Source of the DNA: Acetobacteraceae bacterium
Lineage (GTDB): Bacteria; Pseudomonadota; Alphaproteobacteria; Acetobacterales; Acetobacteraceae
NCBI GenBank assembly: GCA_050181195.1
Contig: JBFXDK010000005.1
Span: 629 to 64,628 of the forward strand
Direction of reading: 5' to 3'
DNA: 64,000 bases
Shown piece by piece: positions 58,422 through 64,000 of this stretch (position 1 is its first letter; each line of letters begins with the position of its first letter). The notes under the pieces are model-generated. The model did not search any database, was not told the DNA's origin, and was given only the letters and a program-made list of their open reading frames with translations. A program made the translations under genes and the position numbers.

Positions 58422-59126
58422 CTATGCCGCATCATGAAAGATCAGGCCAAGCGTTTGCCGCAGGCCGGTATGGACCCGGCTGACACCGTGGCGGGTTGTC
58501 AACCGATAGGTGCCACGCTTTCCCTGGGCCGGGCGGTGATGCACAGGGAAGATCGCTGCTTCCCCCTGCGCCAGCGGGACCACCTGGCCGCGTGACTGCG
58601 CGCGCGGGCGTTGTTCCACCAGCATGAACTCGCCGCCGGTGAAATCCCGCCCGGGTTCGCTCAGCAGGATCACCACCTGCAGCGGGAACGCCAGGTCGCC
58701 GTACAGGTCCTGGTGCAGGCAGTTGAAGCCGCCGGCCTCATAGCGCAGCAGCAGCGGTGTCGGCCGGGTCTGGCCGGCGTCGTGGCACCGGGCGAGGTAT
58801 TCCGTAAGGGTCGGGGGAAACGTCCCGGCTTCGCCCAGGGCACGCCGCCAGTCATTCGCCACGTGCGCAAGCGGCGGGTACAGCGCCTCGCGCAGCGCCG
58901 CGACAGGGGCGGGAAGGGGATAGGCCAGGTATTTATATTCGCCCTGTCCGTAGGCGTGCTGCGCCATCACGATCCGTTTCCGGAACAGTTCCTCGTGGCC
59001 GTACAGCGCGGCGAGCGCGCGGCATGTGCCGGGGGTAAGTATCGTCCGGGTCGCGTAGCCCTTCTCGGCCAGTTCCGCAGCCAGATGTTCGGGGGCAAGG
59101 TCAGGGAAGGTGATGTCGCTGTCCAT
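58422..59126 (-). CDS. 2OG-Fe(II) oxygenase (DUF2086 / AlkB-neighbourhood type)
   Basis: GQGEYKY, GQTRPTPLLLRY, NCLHQDLYG, FTGGEFMLVEQRPRAQSR and RHGVS..R.TLGLIFHDA motifs. Confidence 0.88.
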   Translation of the reverse strand: MDSDITFPDLAPEHLAAELAEKGYATRTILTPGTCRALAALYGHEELFRKRIVMAQHAYGQGEYKYLAYPLPAPVAALREALYPPLAHVANDWRRALGEAGTFPPTLTEYLARCHDAGQTRPTPLLLRYEAGGFNCLHQDLYGDLAFPLQVVILLSEPGRDFTGGEFMLVEQRPRAQSRGQVVPLAQGEAAIFPVHHRPAQGKRGTYRLTTRHGVSRVHTGLRQTLGLIFHDAA

Positions 59127-59202
59127 GCCGGCGATCATAACGCGGACCAGGGACGCGCGACGTCCCGGATCGTGCGGTGGCTCGATGACAAGATCCGGCC
59201 GC

Positions 59203-60312
59203 CTAGGTGTAGGTCGACCGGAGATAGTGCACGAGCGGATTGTCCTGGTCGGGGCGCAGCATGTGCCGGAATGACTTGCTGGGCCGCCCGAGGTGCTCCC
59301 GCCGGTATTTGGCGGCATCGAACTGCGGCGACGGATCGATGTCCTGGGTCGTGCCCGCCTGCAGGTAATGCGCGAACGGATCGCGGTTCGGCCCCAGCAC
59401 GTCCTGGTGCTGCTTCACATACCATTTTACGTCGAACAGCGGATTGGGACTCACGGTCTGGCTGCGCCGATGCGCCAGATAGTGCGCCAGCGCCGTCTGC
59501 CCGGGCGGCACGTCGTAGGTCGCGCGATACCATTCCGGGTCGAAATACGCGCAGGACCGGCGGTTCCGCGGCTCACCTTCCAGGATGTAGTGGATCAGCG
59601 GGTTGACCTTCAGACGCGCAAGGACGGGGTTGGTCTGCAGGTACCAGCCGATATCGAAATAGATGTTCGGGCGCCGGTGCTCCCGCCAGCCGAAGCGGCA
59701 GTAATGCACGGTCGGGTCGAGTTCCGCTTCGTACACGTCCGATGCGTTGATCAGGTAGTAGTTGGCGTCGACCAGGCCGGACGGGGCGATGATGCCGAGT
59801 TCGGGCGAGCTCTCCTTTCCCATCCCGGCTATGTCGTCCAGATAATGACCGAACGGATCGACCCCAAGTGCGGGGTCGTCGCGGTATGGCGCCTGGAAGG
59901 TCACGGGATACAGTTCCGGGCACGGGATGAAGCGGCCGGTCCGGCGATTGGCCAGGAAATGCGGCAGCGCCGGCGTGTCGGCCGCCAAGCCATACGCCGA
60001 CCGGTACCAGCCGGCGTCGAAATACGGATGTGGCCGCCGGCCCTCCTGGTCGCCATGACGCCAGTAGTGGATGAAAGGGTCAAGCTGCGCGTTCGACACG
60101 TCCGGATTGGTGCGAAGGTACCACGACGGGTCGAAGTAGCGGTTTGCCAGCCGGCCTTCCGCCATGCCGAAGCGTGCGAAATGCAGCAGCGGATCGATCC
60201 CGGCCGCGTTGATGTCCGGGTAGAAGATCTTGTACCACGCGACATCGAACAGGCCGCTGTCACGGTAGGCGGCGATCCGCTGGTCTTCCTGTTGCTGATC
60301 CACGGCCACCAT
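59203..60312 (-). CDS. Protein composed of about 8-9 tandem FDxxWY repeats, function unknown
   Basis: Repeats start FDVAWY, FDPSWY, FDAGWY, VDANYY, FDIGWY, FDPEWY, FDVKWY and FDAAKY; most are followed by (D/N)P..HY...G..E.R.P. Starts 3 nt after the upstream GT stop. Confidence 0.85.
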   Translation of the reverse strand: MVAVDQQQEDQRIAAYRDSGLFDVAWYKIFYPDINAAGIDPLLHFARFGMAEGRLANRYFDPSWYLRTNPDVSNAQLDPFIHYWRHGDQEGRRPHPYFDAGWYRSAYGLAADTPALPHFLANRRTGRFIPCPELYPVTFQAPYRDDPALGVDPFGHYLDDIAGMGKESSPELGIIAPSGLVDANYYLINASDVYEAELDPTVHYCRFGWREHRRPNIYFDIGWYLQTNPVLARLKVNPLIHYILEGEPRNRRSCAYFDPEWYRATYDVPPGQTALAHYLAHRRSQTVSPNPLFDVKWYVKQHQDVLGPNRDPFAHYLQAGTTQDIDPSPQFDAAKYRREHLGRPSKSFRHMLRPDQDNPLVHYLRSTYT

Positions 60313-60315
60313 GGG

Positions 60316-61782
60316 TCAGTTCGCCACCGGTTCCAGGCTTTGCGGGGCGGGCGCGTTATCGAGTTCCCGCGCCAGGGCGGCGCGGACGTCCGCGATCACC
60401 TCGTCCCAGGCGCCGGGTTTCGGCTGGCGGAACAGGCGCGCGCTGGGGTACCAGGGACTGTCGGTGCGGTCGAGCATCCAGCGCCAGTCCGCTGCCTTGG
60501 GGATCATGATCCACACCGGCCGGCCCAGCGCGCCGGCGAGGTGACCCATCGAGGTATCCACCGTGATGATCATGTCCAGGTTTTCGATCACCGCGGCGGT
60601 TTCGCCGAAATCGATGAGTTCGTGCGAAATGTCGGTCATGCCGCGGAACCGTGCCAGCAGCGGCCGGTCCGCCTCGGGCACCGGTTTCTGAAGAGATACG
60701 AACGCCGCGCCGTCGATATCGGCGAGCGGCAGCAGCCGTTCCAGGGGCAGCGAGCGCCGCCGGTCGTTGGGGTGCGTGGGCCGGCCGGTCCAGGCCAGGC
60801 CGATGCGCCGGCTGCCCGGGCGCAGCGTGGCCGCCAGTTTCTCTCCCCAGGCCGCGACGCGAGCCGGATCGGCCTTCAGATAGGGAACCTTGGCGGGAAT
60901 CGTGTCCTCGCGGATGCCGAACAGGTAGGGCAGGCTCGACAGGCGGCAATGCGCGGCATGGCCAGGCACGTCGTTCCAGCGGTGGCAGAACTGCGTCACG
61001 CCCGGCAGGTCGCGCAGCAACGGCCCCATCTCGGCGCTGCAGCCCAGCACGATCTCCTGCACCCGTTCGGCCGCCATCGGGATGAAGCGCGCGAACTGGA
61101 TCGTATCGCCATATCCCTGGTCGCCGACCAGCAGCAGCCGTCCGCCTGGAATGCGCATGCCGTTCCAGGGCGCCGAGGTCATGGCCGGCATCGTCGCCTT
61201 GCCGGCTTCGGTCTGGTTGCGCCACTCATATTCCAGCCAGCCGGCCTCGAAGTCGCCGGCCGCCAGAAGGTTCTGCGCCAGGGCCAGATGCCCGTCCGCG
61301 TGCTCATGCCTCAAGCCGAGGGCGCGCAGCAGGCAGGCGGTGGCGCGTTCGCGGTTGTCGGTGTCGGTGAACACCAGGGACAGGTTCACCAGATGGTCGG
61401 CGTTGTTCGGATCGAGCCGGATCGACTCCTGCCCCATCGCCAGCGCCTCATCCATCCGGTACGTCGCTCGGCAAAGCGAGCTCAGATGCGCATGCCACGC
61501 AGCGTTGCCGGGACTTTTGGCGATCGCGCGCCGCAGCAGGTCGATGCCCCTCTCGAGCTCGCCCGTCATGGCGGCGATGATGCCCAGAAGGGCCATGGCC
61601 GCCGGATGCTCGGGCGAAGCGGCTAGAACGTCCTCGCAGATGCCGCGTGCCTCATTCAGCCGCTTGGCCTGCGCCGCGGCCTGCGCCCGCGTCAGCGCCT
61701 GCTCGGGCGTTTCAGACCCTGGTGCCGCGGCCTGCGGTGCGCCGGCGGGGACAGGCGTAGGCGGGGCGTTCGTCATGCTCAT
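60316..61782 (-). CDS. TPR-repeat protein with C-terminal GT9-like (GT-B) glycosyltransferase domain (FlbA-like)
   Basis: TPRs, then GWLEYEWR, DQGYGDTIQFARF, IGLAWTG.P.H.NDRRRS, DMIITVDTSMGHLAGALG, DWRW and SPWYPSARLFRQ. Confidence 0.88.
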   Translation of the reverse strand: MSMTNAPPTPVPAGAPQAAAPGSETPEQALTRAQAAAQAKRLNEARGICEDVLAASPEHPAAMALLGIIAAMTGELERGIDLLRRAIAKSPGNAAWHAHLSSLCRATYRMDEALAMGQESIRLDPNNADHLVNLSLVFTDTDNRERATACLLRALGLRHEHADGHLALAQNLLAAGDFEAGWLEYEWRNQTEAGKATMPAMTSAPWNGMRIPGGRLLLVGDQGYGDTIQFARFIPMAAERVQEIVLGCSAEMGPLLRDLPGVTQFCHRWNDVPGHAAHCRLSSLPYLFGIREDTIPAKVPYLKADPARVAAWGEKLAATLRPGSRRIGLAWTGRPTHPNDRRRSLPLERLLPLADIDGAAFVSLQKPVPEADRPLLARFRGMTDISHELIDFGETAAVIENLDMIITVDTSMGHLAGALGRPVWIMIPKAADWRWMLDRTDSPWYPSARLFRQPKPGAWDEVIADVRAALARELDNAPAPQSLEPVAN

Positions 61783-61830
61783 GCAAGGGAAATTGCCTCG
61801 CAGCCTATGGCGCGAGCAAGGGAAATTGCC
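61783..61830. promoter_or_regulatory. Perfect 15-bp direct repeat, each copy a GCAA-N6-TTGC dyad, abutting the TPR-GT9 start
   Basis: GCAAGGGAAATTGCC at 61783-61797 and 61816-61830 (33-bp period). Confidence 0.6.
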
Positions 61831-61875
61831 ACTCCGGCACCCGGAACGATTCGGCCCGGCCTTGCGCCGCCGCGA

Positions 61876-62817
61876 TCAGCCGTCGGATATTCGGCTGATT
61901 TCCGCAAGCTCCTGGGCGGACAGCGTCCAGGATCCGGCCTTGACGTTCTGTTCGAGTTGTTCCGGCCGCGTGGCGCCGGCGATGACGCTGGTCACCGGCG
62001 ATTGCGCCAGCAGCCAGGAGAACGCCAGTTCCAGCATGGTCCGCCCGCGCCTTTCCACGAAGTCGCCCAGTTCCTCGGCGATCCGCCAGTTGCGCTCGGT
62101 CAGGTAACGGTCGGCCAGGCGCTGGGTGTTGGCCAGCCGCGTGCCGGCGGGCATCGGCGTGTTGCGGCGATACTTGCCGGTGAGCAGCCCGCTTGCGAGC
62201 GGGAAGTAGGGCAGCAGCCCCATGCCATACTTCCGCGCGGCCGGCATCAGTTCGGCTTCCGGCTTGCGGAAAATCAGCGAATATTCGTCCTGGCAGGAAA
62301 CGAACGCGTTGAGCCCGTTGCTGCGTGCCGTCCAGGCGGCCTCCACCACCTGCCAGGCCGGGAAGTTGGAGCAGCCGACATAGCGGACCTTACCCTGGCG
62401 TACCAGGTCATCAAGCGCGCGCAACGTCTCCTCGATCGGCGTGCGCGCGTCGGTCTGGTGCATCTGATAGAGGTCGATCCAATCGGTGCGCAGCCGGCGC
62501 AGACTGTCTTCCACCGCCTGCATGATATAGCGGCGGGAGCCGCCGACCTTCACGCCGGCATCGTCCATCGGCATGCCGAATTTGGTGGCGAGCACGATGC
62601 GCTTGCGGTCATCGCCCAGGATCTGGCCCATCAGCGTTTCCGACCCGCCGCGCTCCCCATACGTGTCGGCGGTGTCGAACAGGGTGATGCCGAGGTCGAG
62701 CGCCTTGTGGATCACCGTGCGCGTGGCGTCCAGATCGATGCGGCCGCCAAAATTGTTGCAGCCAAGGCCGATAGCCGAGACGCGCAGGCCGGACTGGCCG
62801 AGATTGCGGATTTCCAT
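61876..62817 (-). CDS. Aldo/keto reductase
   Basis: SAIGLGCNNFG, FDTADTYG, LATKFG, SLRRLRTDWIDLYQMH, GKVRYVGCSN and PYFPLASGLLTGKY motifs. Confidence 0.95.
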   Translation of the reverse strand: MEIRNLGQSGLRVSAIGLGCNNFGGRIDLDATRTVIHKALDLGITLFDTADTYGERGGSETLMGQILGDDRKRIVLATKFGMPMDDAGVKVGGSRRYIMQAVEDSLRRLRTDWIDLYQMHQTDARTPIEETLRALDDLVRQGKVRYVGCSNFPAWQVVEAAWTARSNGLNAFVSCQDEYSLIFRKPEAELMPAARKYGMGLLPYFPLASGLLTGKYRRNTPMPAGTRLANTQRLADRYLTERNWRIAEELGDFVERRGRTMLELAFSWLLAQSPVTSVIAGATRPEQLEQNVKAGSWTLSAQELAEISRISDG

Positions 62818-62913
62818 GGGCGGGTTCCTTCGGCGAACGGATCAGGGCGGGGACGTTCGATGTCCGCAGGATAGGGCCGCCTGCGCCGAACTGTCACCGG
62901 GGGCTGCGCCGCG

Positions 62914-63546
62914 TTATGCCGCCTGCGTCAGCCGCTTCACGAACGCCGACCAGCGGTGGCGGCGCAATTCGCTGCGCGCCTTCTGGTCCGTCGTCATGTA
63001 GTTCAACTGCACGCTGTAGCGCGGGCCGACGAACGTTCTGTGTCCGTGCCATGTGGTCGGCCCATTCGGGAACACCAGCAGCGTGCCGTTCACCGGCGGC
63101 ACCTCCACAGCATAGTCCTCCAGGTTGTCCGGCCCGCGCAGCAGGCGCAGGCAGCCCTCCTGGCGTGTCCAGGCTTCGGTCTCCGGATTCAGGTACAGCA
63201 GCACCGTCACCCGCTTGGCACGGGAGTCGCAATGAATGCGCCCATCTCTCGCGCTGGTCCAGCCGCGCAGCGTCACCATCGTCGGGGCGTCCGACAGGTC
63301 CAGCGCGAATTTCCCGGCGATCGCGTCCCGCAGCCGCGGTCCCTCCATCGCCTGCATCAGCGCCGCGGCGTGCGGACCGAGGCGGACGGAGTCGGGAGGG
63401 AATGAGCCGGATTTCCGCAGCGCCGGCATCTCCGCGGTCACCTGGCGCAGCACGGAAGGGGGCACGAAGTCCGGCACCACGACATGCGCGAATGGTTCGC
63501 GCGCGACCGGCGTGGCGTCCAGCTTGGCGTAGTCCAGGTCGATCAT
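62914..63546 (-). CDS. 2OG-Fe(II) oxygenase (prolyl-hydroxylase-like)
   Basis: PFAHVVVPDF, GRIHCDS (HxD), TVLLYLN and WHGH..FVGPRYSVQLNY motifs. Confidence 0.88.
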   Translation of the reverse strand: MIDLDYAKLDATPVAREPFAHVVVPDFVPPSVLRQVTAEMPALRKSGSFPPDSVRLGPHAAALMQAMEGPRLRDAIAGKFALDLSDAPTMVTLRGWTSARDGRIHCDSRAKRVTVLLYLNPETEAWTRQEGCLRLLRGPDNLEDYAVEVPPVNGTLLVFPNGPTTWHGHRTFVGPRYSVQLNYMTTDQKARSELRRHRWSAFVKRLTQAA

Positions 63547-64000
63547 GCGCTCTCCCGCGTTCGGCCGGCGCGGCTTAGCAACAGCGCCTCGGCCAGCTCA
63601 ATCAGGTCGTCCGGCCAATACAGATCGGGGCGCGGCGCCGGCACCGCCAGCCCCGCGTCCGGCCGGCAGGTCAGCACCGGCATCACCAGGCGCACCGGAA
63701 ACCCGAGGCGCCCGTGCGCGCAGCCCAGCAGCGCGCCCGTGACGGCACATGCATCGGCGCCGGCCCGGGCGGCGGCGGCCAGCGCGGTGTCGGCCGGCGC
63801 GCCCGAGGCGAGGTGGCGGAAGGCGTGCTGCAGCACCCGCAGCACGGGGGGCGCATCTGCCGCCAGCGCGACCCCGGCGAGCGCCTGCTCCAGCGCCGCG
63901 GCGACCGGTCCGCCGCCATCCGACGTCCGCGCAAGCTCGACGGTGATGCGCGCCATGTCGGTCGGGTCCGCCCCGCCGATCCCTGCCGCGATCGCGCCCG
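63543..64000 (-). CDS. ADP-ribosylglycohydrolase-like protein, C-terminal part; runs off the window end
   Basis: The frame is open to the window edge (GAIAAGIGGADPTDMAR...). Contains AVTGALLGCAHG and VLTCRP...PRP..YWPDDL.ELAEALL. ATGA overlap with the downstream oxygenase. Confidence 0.6.
   Translation of the reverse strand, partial: GAIAAGIGGADPTDMARITVELARTSDGGGPVAAALEQALAGVALAADAPPVLRVLQHAFRHLASGAPADTALAAAARAGADACAVTGALLGCAHGRLGFPVRLVMPVLTCRPDAGLAVPAPRPDLYWPDDLIELAEALLLSRAGRTRESA

Overview
A high-GC alphaproteobacterial chromosomal window, inferred to be Acetobacteraceae/Rhodospirillales-like from gene order and from CtrA, sigma54 and EcfG-type motifs. Housekeeping content includes tesA-thpR, mutL, pgi, gcvTHP with a tandem glycine riboswitch, zapA-6S RNA-fau-ymdB, fbaB-thiE, mreBCD-mrdA-rodA, glgA, prs, yebC and ruvC. 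There is also a flagellar hook/filament locus (fliK-flgD divergent from flgE-flgK-flgL-flagellin-flbT-flaF-DUF1217). That locus runs directly into a TPR-SAM methyltransferase and a TPR-GT41 (OGT/SPINDLY-like) glycosyltransferase, which converge on a ~2,400-aa Gly-rich repeat autotransporter. Further candidate surface-modification genes lie elsewhere: a TPR-GT9-like gene coupled to a protein made almost entirely of FDxxWY repeats, a second FDxxWY-repeat protein, and a GT2 gene between yebC and ruvC. The best candidate for an undescribed system is this TPR-guided methylation plus glycosylation machinery for flagellin and/or the autotransporter. I saw no rRNA, tRNA, CRISPR array, transposase or integrase. 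All calls come from motif recognition by eye; no searches were run.
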